From assembly GCA_018901755.1 (NCBI GenBank), contig JAHIDZ010000001.1, positions 10,454-74,453 of the forward strand: DNA of 64,000 nucleotides, given 5' to 3'. Shown here one piece after another: positions 1 to 9,173 of the stretch. The first letter of the stretch is position 1; each line of letters opens with the position of its first letter. A program made the position numbers and the translations under genes. The notes beneath the pieces are model-generated. The model was not told the DNA's origin and did not search any database. It worked only from the letters and a program-made list of their open reading frames with translations. The stretch is from Nanobdellota archaeon. GTDB taxonomy: Archaea; Aenigmatarchaeota; Aenigmatarchaeia; Aenigmatarchaeales; Aenigmatarchaeaceae.

Positions 1-312
1 AACGTTTACACATTTTCTTAATTCATTAATAAATATATGAACAGTATTGCATGGAATAACAATGAAATTTACACCAGAAGATTCTAATTTTCTTAATCCA
101 TCTTTAATCATTTCTAATGTTAGATCTTTGTTTTTTTGATCATTTATTATATCAGGTGCGGGTAAATTGTAAATTAAAATATGAGGATAATGGTGATTAT
201 CTTTAAGACCAGATTTTTGACATTTTTCTATGATAGTTTGATAAAACCGTATTGTTGCCGATGGTCCCATTCCACCTAAAACTCCTATAATTTTTTTATT
301 AGAATATTTCAT
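1..312 (-). CDS. Aspartate/amino-acid racemase, runs off the window edge (absent from ORF track)
   Basis: Manual translation MKYSNKKIIGVLGGMGPSAT...FIVIPCNTVH has the GxxGGMGP and PCNT racemase motifs; GGTG RBS-like sequence upstream. Confidence 0.9.
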   Translation of the reverse strand, partial: MKYSNKKIIGVLGGMGPSATIRFYQTIIEKCQKSGLKDNHHYPHILIYNLPAPDIINDQKNKDLTLEMIKDGLRKLESSGVNFIVIPCNTVHIFINELRKCVNV

Positions 313-634
313 ATTTTGACACCATTTTATTTTTGGTGGGAGCAGAGGGAATTGCACCCCCATCAGTAGTTTTGGAGACTACTATCCTGCTGTTAGACGA
401 TACTCCCTCTAGAATCTGATAGATTTCGTTGCCAAATTGTGTATATGATAATGGGAATCCATTTTCGTATTGGATTAGATTTTTTCCAGTTAATTTTCTC
501 AGAATATACTTAACAGTACTCTCTGGATATTTTCTAGAGAACAGTCTTACTATCTGTGAAAATGTTTGGTTTTTAGAATTTTTTAAATCAAGAAATATTG
601 CTGCTTCTTTTTTAGATAGTGATTGCTCTAGCAA
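299..634 (-). CDS. Winged-helix DNA-binding protein; C-terminus encoded through tRNA-Trp; may initiate at ATG 671 via a +1 frameshift
   Basis: HTH-wing pattern TFSQIVRLFSRKYPESTVKYILRKLTGKNLI...YTQFGNEI; frame stays open upstream to 661; no Trp codons. Confidence 0.7.
   Translation of the reverse strand: MLEQSLSKKEAAIFLDLKNSKNQTFSQIVRLFSRKYPESTVKYILRKLTGKNLIQYENGFPLSYTQFGNEIYQILEGVSSNSRIVVSKTTDGGAIPSAPTKNKMVSKYEIF
334..407 (-). tRNA. trnW: tRNA-Trp(CCA), intronless, CCA end encoded, atypical D and T loops
   Basis: Acceptor GGGAGTA/TGCTCCC, anticodon arm GTAGT-CTCCAAA-ACTAC, T arm GGGGG-TGCAATT-CCCTC, ends ACCA. Confidence 0.9.
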
Positions 635-671
635 AGTCTTCAGTTCGTTTTTGCCAAAGTTTTATTACCAT
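612..671 (-). CDS. 19-aa leader MVIKLWQKRTEDFARAITI containing a candidate CTT-TGG-C +1 shift site (659-653)
   Basis: GTGAT RBS-like motif directly upstream of ATG; removing one T joins MVIKL to GKNELKTLLEQSLSK of the wHTH ORF. Confidence 0.55.
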   Translation of the reverse strand: MVIKLWQKRTEDFARAITI

Positions 672-771
672 TTAATCACTTAACAATAGTTAGTCTATAA
701 ACTATATAAATATACTGGATAAAAATATTGCCCATGTATTTATAATATAAGAAATGAAATGATATTATAAA

Positions 772-2244
772 GTGATTTTAATGCCAACAATAGATGAGAT
801 TGCAACATTCGCTAAGAAGAAAGGATTTGTGTTTCCAAGCGCAGAGATATATGGAGGTATGGCAGGATTTTATGATTATGGCCCACTTGGTTCAGAAATG
901 GTTATGAAGATTAAGAATCTGTGGTGGAAGTCAATTGTTCATGATAGAGAAAATGTAGTTGGAATTAACGGTTCTATAATTGGGTCAGAAGCTGTCTGGA
1001 ATGCTTCAGGTCATGTTGCGAACTTTATAGACGTCGTTGCTTTCTGTAAGAAATGTAAATTGAAGATAAAAGTAGACAAACATGAAATCGGAAAGGCAAA
1101 ATGTGATTGTGGTGCGTTATATGAAAATCTTGGAGAATTTAATCCGATGTTTTCAACAGAAGTCGGTGTGATTAAAAGTGAAGCTGTTAAAGCTTACCTG
1201 CGGCCAGAAACAGCACAAACTATTTTTATAAATTTCAAGAATGTTTTAGATACTTCTCGTGTTAAATTACCATTCGGAATTGCGCAAATTGGTAAAGCGT
1301 TTAGAAATGAGATTTCACCAAGAAATTTCTTATTTAGGATGAGAGAATTTGAGCAAATGGAATTGGAATTCTTTACACATCCAGATAAGAAAAATGACTG
1401 TCCGATATTTGAAGAAGTTGAAAAAGTTAAAGTTAATGTTTTAACAGCTAAAGAACAAGCCGGAACAGGAAAAATGGAAAGCATGACAATGGGAGATTTG
1501 TTAAAGAAGAAAATAATTAAAACCAAATGGCATGCTTACTGGATTGGTTATAGATATAATTGGTATTTAGATTTAGGAGTAAATCCAGAAAAATTAAGAT
1601 TAAGAGAACATGTACCAGAAGAATTAAGCCACTACTCAGCAGCGACGTGGGATATAGATTATGAATATCCAATTGGTTGGAAAGAACTTGAAGGAAATGC
1701 AGATAGAACAGATTACGATCTTCAACAGCATACAAAATCTTCTAAAGTAGATTTGTCATACTATGATGAAGATACAAAGGAAAGAGTAATTCCTCACGTT
1801 GTTTCAGAACCATCTGCTGGAGTAGATAGAGTATTTTTAACATTGCTAATGGACGCATATCATGAAGAAGAAGTTAAAGGAGAGACGAGAATTGTATTAA
1901 AGTTACATCCAGACGTTGCGCCATTCAAAGTAGCCATACTCCCATTGGTTAAGAAAGATGGATTGTCTGAAAAAGGTAAAGAAGTATTTAATAATTTAAA
2001 ACAAAAGTTCAATTCATTTTATGATGAGTCTGGTTCAATCGGGCGTCGCTATAGAAGAATGGATGAAATAGGAACGCCATTTTGTATAACAGTAGATCAT
2101 GAAAGTTTGGAACAAGATGACTGCACACTCAGAGAGCGAGATTCTATGCGTCAGATTAGAATCAAAATCAAAGATTTGTCCGATATTATCAAAAAGCTTT
2201 CAGAAGGAGAGAAACTAGAAACGTTTGGTAAATTTATTAATTAA
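772..2244 (+). CDS. glyS: Glycine--tRNA ligase (alpha2 type)
   Basis: YDYGPLG, YLRPETAQ, FRNEISPR, GSIGRRYRR motifs. Confidence 0.97.
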   Translation: MILMPTIDEIATFAKKKGFVFPSAEIYGGMAGFYDYGPLGSEMVMKIKNLWWKSIVHDRENVVGINGSIIGSEAVWNASGHVANFIDVVAFCKKCKLKIKVDKHEIGKAKCDCGALYENLGEFNPMFSTEVGVIKSEAVKAYLRPETAQTIFINFKNVLDTSRVKLPFGIAQIGKAFRNEISPRNFLFRMREFEQMELEFFTHPDKKNDCPIFEEVEKVKVNVLTAKEQAGTGKMESMTMGDLLKKKIIKTKWHAYWIGYRYNWYLDLGVNPEKLRLREHVPEELSHYSAATWDIDYEYPIGWKELEGNADRTDYDLQQHTKSSKVDLSYYDEDTKERVIPHVVSEPSAGVDRVFLTLLMDAYHEEEVKGETRIVLKLHPDVAPFKVAILPLVKKDGLSEKGKEVFNNLKQKFNSFYDESGSIGRRYRRMDEIGTPFCITVDHESLEQDDCTLRERDSMRQIRIKIKDLSDIIKKLSEGEKLETFGKFIN

Positions 2245-2433
2245 TTTTTCACCCTTTTTAGTTATTAAAAATTCAAATGGTCGGCCAGTTTTTCTAATCC
2301 TATTTCCTATTAAATATTCATTTCTTTCAGAATCACACTTAACAGATATTGCTGTTGATAAAATTGATGCCTGTAAAACCAAGCGGGATAAAAGATCCGA
2401 ATTATTAAAATATTCAACCAACTTACAAACCAT
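2215..2433 (-). CDS. Hypothetical protein
   Basis: ORF filling the gap downstream of the Zn-ribbon ORF; no motif recognised. Confidence 0.3.
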   Translation of the reverse strand: MVCKLVEYFNNSDLLSRLVLQASILSTAISVKCDSERNEYLIGNRIRKTGRPFEFLITKKGEKLINKFTKRF

Positions 2434-2471
2434 ACGACAATACTTTTATGATCATAAACTTCCAAGATAAT

Positions 2472-2594
2472 TTAGATTTCAAATTCTGTACTACAATCTG
2501 TACAAAAACATTTCTGTGGATAAAAATTATCTAGTTTAGAATGGCCACCAATAACCTGAACGTTTTCGCCATTACAAGAACAACAACGTACCAT
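2472..2594 (-). CDS. 40-aa zinc-ribbon microprotein (absent from ORF track)
   Basis: MVRCCSCNGENVQVIGGHSKLDNFYPQKCFCTDCSTEFEI; two CxxC pairs. Confidence 0.6.
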   Translation of the reverse strand: MVRCCSCNGENVQVIGGHSKLDNFYPQKCFCTDCSTEFEI

Positions 2595-2660
2595 AATAAT
2601 TCTTTTGATACGCACATATTTAAAACATCTGGAAAACAAATATGAATCGGCGATTGACTA

Positions 2661-3644
2661 ATGAACGACATAATCAGAGTGAATAATTTAAGCAAACACT
2701 ATAAAATTTTGCAGCGAGGAGAAGGCAGATTTGAGATAATTAAAACTTTCTTTAGTCGAAAATATAAAACTGTTAAAGCTTTAGATAAAGTTAGTTTTAC
2801 TATTGGAGAAGGAGATTTTGTAGGAATAATCGGACCGAACGGAGCAGGCAAATCTACACTAATTAAGATACTTACAGGAATACTTACACCAACTTCAGGA
2901 GAAGCGGTGGTGACTGGCTTTGTTCCATACAAACAGAGAAAGAAATATGTTCAGAATATTGGAGTTGTATTTGGGCAGCGAACACAGTTGTGGTGGGATC
3001 TTCCTGTTAGAGATTCTTTCGATATGTTAAAATACATTTACAAAGTTCCAGAAAAACAATTCAAAACAAATATGAAGAAATTCGCAGAAATACTTGAGAT
3101 TAATGATTATATGTTAAAACCAGTTAGAAAGTTATCTCTCGGTGAGCGTATGCGTTGCGACATGGCAGCATCCCTATTACATAATCCGAAAATAATATTT
3201 TTAGATGAACCGACAATTGGTCTAGACGTAGAAGCAAAATATAAACTAAGAGAATTTTTGAAAGAGGTAAACAAATTAGGAGTTACAATTATACTTACAA
3301 CACATGACATGGGAGACATTGAAGAATTATGCCCAAGAACTATTATGGTAGATCATGGCAAAATTGTTATAGATGCGCCAACAAAAGATATAAAAAATAA
3401 AATTTCTAGTCAAAGAACATTGTTAATAGATTTCAAGGGGGCTCCTCCGAAATTGAAAAATAAAAAAGGAATGAAAATTGTAAGTAAGGAAGGAGACAGA
3501 ATAATGATAACCATAGATACACGAAAACATTCAGTATCTTCTGTAATGAAAATGATTCTAAAAAAATATGAAGTAGATGATATAACTATTTCAGAACCAT
3601 CTATTGAAGAAAATGTTAGAAAGATTTACAGAGGAGAATTATAA
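2661..3644 (+). CDS. ABC transporter ATP-binding protein
   Basis: Walker A GPNGAGKST, LSLGE signature, FLDEPT. Confidence 0.95.
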   Translation: MNDIIRVNNLSKHYKILQRGEGRFEIIKTFFSRKYKTVKALDKVSFTIGEGDFVGIIGPNGAGKSTLIKILTGILTPTSGEAVVTGFVPYKQRKKYVQNIGVVFGQRTQLWWDLPVRDSFDMLKYIYKVPEKQFKTNMKKFAEILEINDYMLKPVRKLSLGERMRCDMAASLLHNPKIIFLDEPTIGLDVEAKYKLREFLKEVNKLGVTIILTTHDMGDIEELCPRTIMVDHGKIVIDAPTKDIKNKISSQRTLLIDFKGAPPKLKNKKGMKIVSKEGDRIMITIDTRKHSVSSVMKMILKKYEVDDITISEPSIEENVRKIYRGEL

Positions 3645-4432
3645 TGTTTTCAAGATATTATGGAGTTCTATTAATAAAATTTAGAGAAGCATTCGCTTAT
3701 AGATTTAATTATTTTGTGAAAATTGCCTCAAATTTTATTAGTCTTCTTATTATCTGGTTTATTTGGAAAGCAATATTTGCAGCATCAACAGGCGTAATGG
3801 CAGGGTTTACATTTGATAGCATGATGATATACATGTCATTAATAATTGTACTCAATTGGTTGTTTTCTTCTTTCGAAGAGCATACTATGGAATTTGAGGT
3901 AAGAAGTGGAGCCATTGCGATGTATTTAATTAAACCAATATCTTATCCAATTACTTGTTTTTTCAGAGGCATCGGATCAAGAATTTCTACTTTGATATTG
4001 CAAATTTCTCCATTTTTACTAACTGCAATCTTTTTAGTAAAATTAACATGGCCTGTTTCCTGGTGGTTTTTCCCAAGCGTTTTACTTAGCTATTTGATAA
4101 GTTTCAATTTAATATTTATGACAGGATTATGGGCGTTTTATTCAAGTGGTCATATTTGGGGGATAAGACTTTCGAGACAACTAATGCAAAATATATTTTC
4201 AGGTGCTCTGATACCATTAGCATTTTTCCCATTATGGCTTATGGATATAGCAAATGTGCTTCCATTCATAGCAATAATTCACATACCAGTTTCAATATAT
4301 CTTGGTGCAATTTCCGGAACAACAATACTACCATCAGTCGGATTACAAATATTTTGGGTGTTGGTAATGTCTGGACTTTCATACTTATTATGGGCTAAAA
4401 CAAGAAAAAAGATATTCGTGCAGGGTGGTTAA
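3644..4432 (+). CDS. ABC-2 family permease
   Basis: Multi-TM protein coupled to the ATPase; C-terminal VQGG. Confidence 0.9.
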   Translation: MFSRYYGVLLIKFREAFAYRFNYFVKIASNFISLLIIWFIWKAIFAASTGVMAGFTFDSMMIYMSLIIVLNWLFSSFEEHTMEFEVRSGAIAMYLIKPISYPITCFFRGIGSRISTLILQISPFLLTAIFLVKLTWPVSWWFFPSVLLSYLISFNLIFMTGLWAFYSSGHIWGIRLSRQLMQNIFSGALIPLAFFPLWLMDIANVLPFIAIIHIPVSIYLGAISGTTILPSVGLQIFWVLVMSGLSYLLWAKTRKKIFVQGG

Positions 4433-5227
4433 ATGAGTAAACTAAAATTAATATGGAAATTTTTCATGATAAACGTGCGGCAGAATTTAGAATATAGATT
4501 AAATGCAACAATCGGGACGATAGCAATAGCTCTTACAAACATACCATCGATAATATTTTTTTGGATAATCTTTTCAAATATACCAACACTTAATGGTTGG
4601 GGGATTGGTGAAATATTATTTATGGTGGGAATAGGAGCACTTGCACACGGAACATTTCACACATTTTTCTCAGGTGTATCTGGATGGCAAATCGAACAAT
4701 TAATCAGACAAGGTAATATGGATAGAATACTTCTAAAACCATTAAGTGTTATACCGCATTTAGCAATGGAAGGATCATTTGATGTAGATGGACTTGGAGA
4801 TATTATTTCCGGTTTGATTATAATATTTATTACATCGAACATGCTAGGACTACAATGGAATATATTTAATTCATCATTGTTAGTATTGTTTGTTTTAAGT
4901 TCAGCTGTTATAATAGCGTCATTTCATTTGATAATAGGAACACTTTCTTTTTGGGTTACAAGATCAGGCGCATTGATAGATTTATTTTATACAGTGATGA
5001 GATTTGGGGAATATCCGTTAGATATCTATAATCTATCTACGAAAATTATGCTAACTGTAATTATTCCTGTAGGATTTATTAATTATTATCCAGCGCAAAT
5101 ATTTTTAGGAAAAGGATTATGGGTGCCAGCAGCATATCTTACTCCAGTAGTTGCAATAATAATGTATGCAATCGCCCATAGGTTTTGGGACTATGGGCTA
5201 AAGCATTACACTTCTACAGGTAGCTAG
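4433..5227 (+). CDS. ABC-2 family permease
   Basis: Multi-TM; YPLDIY motif; C-terminal YTSTGS. Confidence 0.9.
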   Translation: MSKLKLIWKFFMINVRQNLEYRLNATIGTIAIALTNIPSIIFFWIIFSNIPTLNGWGIGEILFMVGIGALAHGTFHTFFSGVSGWQIEQLIRQGNMDRILLKPLSVIPHLAMEGSFDVDGLGDIISGLIIIFITSNMLGLQWNIFNSSLLVLFVLSSAVIIASFHLIIGTLSFWVTRSGALIDLFYTVMRFGEYPLDIYNLSTKIMLTVIIPVGFINYYPAQIFLGKGLWVPAAYLTPVVAIIMYAIAHRFWDYGLKHYTSTGS

Positions 5228-5660
5228 GTACAGCTTCTACTTTAAACGAATATTCACCTAGATTTGCAGCTGGACTAAATTCATGTTTTATGTAAATATA
5301 TGCATCACTTGGCTGAACGACTATTGGGTTTGTTAATGTTGTATTCTTTCCATCATTTACTACAGATAGTACTACATCTTCAGAAGTTCCACCACTTATT
5401 ATTGTTGCCGTAATGTTTAGATTTACTGGAACATTTGCTGAGTTAACTAATTTTATTTCTGGAGAATATTTACTTTCTCCTTGTTTTGCAGATATCGTAT
5501 AGTTGATATCAATTGATGAACCCATTATGTCCATTTTCATTGCTTGATCAACTGTCGCATATCCTGTTACTGTTCCGTATGAATTCAATACAGCTAGTCC
5601 TATTCCTGTTCCAAACAATGTGACTAGCACACCGGCCACTATGAAGATTTTATTTTTCAT
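5214..5660 (-). CDS. Secreted or surface hypothetical protein
   Basis: N-terminal hydrophobic signal; beta-rich body. Confidence 0.75.
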   Translation of the reverse strand: MKNKIFIVAGVLVTLFGTGIGLAVLNSYGTVTGYATVDQAMKMDIMGSSIDINYTISAKQGESKYSPEIKLVNSANVPVNLNITATIISGGTSEDVVLSVVNDGKNTTLTNPIVVQPSDAYIYIKHEFSPAANLGEYSFKVEAVPSYL

Positions 5661-5715
5661 ATTTAGAAAGAAAGAGTAAGTTTAGAATAAAGACTGTTTA
5701 CCCATGATGGTAGAA

Positions 5716-7071
5716 CTATTTTTTAGCAATCTTACTGTAATCTAATAGAACTTTCATTGATCTAATAGCACGTTCAGGTGTTGGATAAACTGGTAGACCA
5801 AGTTTTTCAAGTTTTTTAGTTCTTTCTTGTGTATAAGCTCCACCCATTGCACAAACTACAATTGGCTTACCATGTATTTTTGTATCTCTAAGAACATCAA
5901 GAATTTCATCATTCATTGTTGGTAGTTGTAATAATGTTATAATAACAAGTCCAGCTATTGATTTATCTTTAAGTACTGCAGCGATTGCTTTCTGATATCG
6001 TTCTGTTGTCGCATCACCAGTTAGGTCAACTGGGTTAGTAAATGACGCGTATTTAGGTAAAAACTTCTTTAATGCATTCTCAGCATCTTTAGAAAGATTA
6101 ACTACGTCAAATCCATTTTTAATGGCATAATCAGTGGCGATGACTCCAAATCCACCACCGTTTGTGATTATTCCTATTTTGTTACTCTTTAAGCCTGGTT
6201 GTGACGATAAAATCTTTGCATAATCTAAAATATCCTCTGTTGTCTCTGCTTCTATGATTCCGCACTGCTTAAATGCCGCAGAATACACTTCTTCAGGACC
6301 TGCTAGTGCGCCAGTATGTGACGTTACAGCAACGCTTCCTTTATGAGTCTTTCCAGATTTGAAAGCAATGATTGGCTTGCTAGATACGATTTTTTTAGCC
6401 TTGCTTATTAATTCGGCACCTTTTTGTGTCGATTCTAAGTATAATACAATACAACGAGTCTCTACATCCTTTCCAAGGTATTCTAATAGCTCGATTTCAT
6501 CTACATCTATCTTGTTTCCAATAGACGCAAACTTACTTACACCAACGCCTTCTGAAGACGCTAAGTCGAGTAAACAAGCTCCAACAGCTCCAGACTGTGT
6601 AATAATACCTATTGAACCATCTGAAGGTCTTTTAAGCCTTTTTCGGTCTAAAAACATTGTGTCTAGCTTATTTGGTGTAAATGTACCTATACAATTAGGT
6701 CCTATCATTCTAATCTTGTTTTTTAGCTTTTCAAGGCTTAATTCTTTCGCTTTTTCACCAATCTCGCTGAAACCAGCTGATATAATAATAACACCCTTTA
6801 CTTTCTTTTTAATACACTCTTCAACTGATGATTTAACTAGATCGGCAGGAACAGCGATTACAGCTAGGTCTATCGGTTCCTCAATCTCTTTTAAGTCAGG
6901 AAAGACCTCTAAACCAAGTATTTCATTAGTATTAGGGTTTATAGGGTATATTTTACAATTATAAGAACTTTTAACATTCTCTAAGATAACATGACCAACT
7001 TTGCCAGGAGTTCTGCTAGCGCCTATTACTGCAATAGATTTTGGATTAAAGAATACATCAAGGTTTGCCAT
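5716..7071 (-). CDS. acdA: Acetate--CoA ligase (ADP-forming), alpha subunit
   Basis: FFNPKSIAVIGAS, GPNCIG, SHTGALAG phospho-His motif, NPVDLTGD. Confidence 0.92.
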   Translation of the reverse strand: MANLDVFFNPKSIAVIGASRTPGKVGHVILENVKSSYNCKIYPINPNTNEILGLEVFPDLKEIEEPIDLAVIAVPADLVKSSVEECIKKKVKGVIIISAGFSEIGEKAKELSLEKLKNKIRMIGPNCIGTFTPNKLDTMFLDRKRLKRPSDGSIGIITQSGAVGACLLDLASSEGVGVSKFASIGNKIDVDEIELLEYLGKDVETRCIVLYLESTQKGAELISKAKKIVSSKPIIAFKSGKTHKGSVAVTSHTGALAGPEEVYSAAFKQCGIIEAETTEDILDYAKILSSQPGLKSNKIGIITNGGGFGVIATDYAIKNGFDVVNLSKDAENALKKFLPKYASFTNPVDLTGDATTERYQKAIAAVLKDKSIAGLVIITLLQLPTMNDEILDVLRDTKIHGKPIVVCAMGGAYTQERTKKLEKLGLPVYPTPERAIRSMKVLLDYSKIAKK

Positions 7072-7101
7072 TCATCTTATATAGCATACCTTCTATTTAA
7101 A

Positions 7102-7356
7102 TTATGCCGTAAGCTTGAAGACTTGTGCACCTTCTTTAACCGGATGTGATATTTTCATACCAACATCCATTCCAACTTTAGCAACTGGTATGTTTTTATG
7201 TTCAACTTGCATTGATTCTACAATCTGTTCAAATGCTTCTCCATCTTTTTCAATAGAGATCTTATCTCCAGTTTTTAATTCTGCAGAAAGTTGAACTACT
7301 GCCACGTTTATTTTTGGAAAGAAGTGCGTTATTTTTCCTACAAGTATTTTATTCAT
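7102..7356 (-). CDS. Small translation-factor-like beta-barrel protein
   Basis: VGKITHFFPKINVAVV...FEQIVESMQVEHK pattern. Confidence 0.75.
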   Translation of the reverse strand: MNKILVGKITHFFPKINVAVVQLSAELKTGDKISIEKDGEAFEQIVESMQVEHKNIPVAKVGMDVGMKISHPVKEGAQVFKLTA

Positions 7357-7402
7357 AGATACACCTAATAATTATGCGCTTTAGAAAGTTAAAAGTTTAT
7401 CT

Positions 7403-7843
7403 ATGAGTGGTATTTATATACTTTTCGGTAGTAATATATTTATGACAAAATTCGGATTGAAACAAGCAAAAAAGTTTCTCGGAGAATTGCAAATAGAAAA
7501 AGCTAGACCTTCATATGATTTGATGAAAGTAACTCATAAAGAAATAGATATGCTTGTGGACGAATATGCTAGTTTACTACTTAGTTCAATAGCACTTCCC
7601 AAAATAAAAGAGAAAATAGAACTGCGAATAAATAGTTATGATATTCCTATGAATGATCCAGTTCTAATTGCTCCAATTAAAGCGTTGGAGGCATGTTTAG
7701 GTCCAACAGAAGATGATACAATGATTGTTGACATGGTAGGAAAGTATGCGACTGAAGCTAATCTTACTGTTAAAGAAGAAACAAAAATACAAACAATCGC
7801 AGGAAAATTCGGATATAAACTTGAAAATTGGATAACACTATAA
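7403..7843 (+). CDS. Hypothetical protein
   Basis: 146-aa ORF with normal composition; start may be at 7442. Confidence 0.65.
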   Translation: MSGIYILFGSNIFMTKFGLKQAKKFLGELQIEKARPSYDLMKVTHKEIDMLVDEYASLLLSSIALPKIKEKIELRINSYDIPMNDPVLIAPIKALEACLGPTEDDTMIVDMVGKYATEANLTVKEETKIQTIAGKFGYKLENWITL

Positions 7844-7943
7844 ATAAAAACATAGTATTCTAATTTCTACAAAACAATTAAAGTTCAAATTCAAATAAAG
7901 TCTTTATATGCTCTGGTAGATAACTAAATTCAGGTGATAAATT

Positions 7944-8165
7944 ATGGCAGCAAGAAAACGAACAGTAAAAGCACAAGCAACAAATTCATGTAATTGTGTA
8001 GGTATGAGTCACCATCATTGTGGGTTCATGCCAATATTGCTAGGTATTGCAATGTTGTTAGCAGTGTTCTTGAGATACATGGGATACAGTTACAAAATGA
8101 TTGTAGCAGTATTTGGCGTTCTATTGATTCTTAAGGGAATCATGAAAATGACAATGCACAAATAA
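7944..8165 (+). CDS. Small two-TM membrane protein with Cys/His-rich N-terminus
   Basis: GGTGAT RBS; SCNCVGMSHHHCG followed by two hydrophobic helices. Confidence 0.75.
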   Translation: MAARKRTVKAQATNSCNCVGMSHHHCGFMPILLGIAMLLAVFLRYMGYSYKMIVAVFGVLLILKGIMKMTMHK

Positions 8166-8258
8166 GAAAAATCTTTTTTTATTTTCTTTTATATATTTTC
8201 AATCATTTAGCATAGGCTATCCAAATTCCCTTATATCTCATTTCATAATTGTTAGTTT

Positions 8259-8840
8259 ATGTATGTTACAATCAGCGGCGTGCACGGGATTGGGAAATCT
8301 TCTATCTGTAACCTTCTAGTTAAAAGAAATAAATGGGAATTGCTTCCAGAGATTCTTGATGTTTTAGTGTCGCCGCCGGTCTTTGGGCCGAAATCAGATA
8401 ATAAATTATTATCAGAACTTTGGTTTATGCGTCAAATGATTGTAAGAGAAAATAAGATAAGAAGTTCGCCCGGACCAATAATACTCTGCGATAGAGGTTG
8501 GCATGACGTGTTAATTTATTCTAAAGTTCTTCTTAGCGAAAATGAATTTAATGTATTTCAGAGTGTTATATCAGCGATACCTAAGAAGTTTCCAGATCTA
8601 GAAATAGTACTTTGGGCTGAAAATAAAAAGGTTATGGAGAGAATAAATAGCAGAAACAGAAACAATCTTGGTTCCTGGGGCGAAGATGATTTAGAATATT
8701 TAAAAAGTGTTAACGAATTATATAAGAAATATCATGATGATTTTAAAGATGTTAAAAATATTGTTTTAGTTGATGCATCTGGTTCATTAGAAGATACATA
8801 TTCTCAAGTTAGAGCAACAATTGATAATTTTTTGCGTTGA
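8259..8840 (+). CDS. Deoxynucleoside/thymidylate kinase family P-loop protein
   Basis: ISGVHGIGKSS Walker A, ILCDRG, RINSRNR lid. Confidence 0.85.
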   Translation: MYVTISGVHGIGKSSICNLLVKRNKWELLPEILDVLVSPPVFGPKSDNKLLSELWFMRQMIVRENKIRSSPGPIILCDRGWHDVLIYSKVLLSENEFNVFQSVISAIPKKFPDLEIVLWAENKKVMERINSRNRNNLGSWGEDDLEYLKSVNELYKKYHDDFKDVKNIVLVDASGSLEDTYSQVRATIDNFLR

Positions 8841-8918
8841 TAGTTTTTTAATCACTTACTGAAAATAAATTTTATGCCAAAAATCAAGCATAAATACTTT
8901 ACTTCACCAGTTTAAACT

Positions 8919-9110
8919 ATGATAACGAGTTCTCTTGATGAAAATATTCTTAAAAGTTCAAAATTAATCATGTCGCACGAAGCTATGATGGCAACTGAAG
9001 TCATTTTAGAAGATGAAGAAATGATTTGTAGTAGTTGCGATATAGATACGTCTTTAGATATGTCTGAATTTGCGCAAGATTTCATATGGCATCCTGCGAA
9101 GAAATATTAA
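8919..9110 (+). CDS. Small acidic hypothetical protein
   Basis: 63-aa ORF with one CxxC. Confidence 0.45.
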   Translation: MITSSLDENILKSSKLIMSHEAMMATEVILEDEEMICSSCDIDTSLDMSEFAQDFIWHPAKKY

Positions 9111-9115
9111 ATTTC

Positions 9116-9163
9116 TTATTTCTTTCTCTTAGTTGCTATTTTCTTTCTCTTTTTTACTGCCAT
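9116..9163 (-). CDS. 15-aa basic microprotein MAVKKRKKIATKRKK (absent from ORF track)
   Basis: GTGAT RBS upstream of ATG; directly downstream of acdB on the same strand. Confidence 0.5.
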   Translation of the reverse strand: MAVKKRKKIATKRKK

Positions 9164-9173
9164 TGTATCACAA

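Noticed and set aside
334-407. Genome-wide UGA-to-Trp recoding suggested by the odd tRNA-Trp
   Set aside because: The anticodon is CCA, conserved proteins translate full-length with TGG for Trp, and TGA acts as a stop (for example at 8840).
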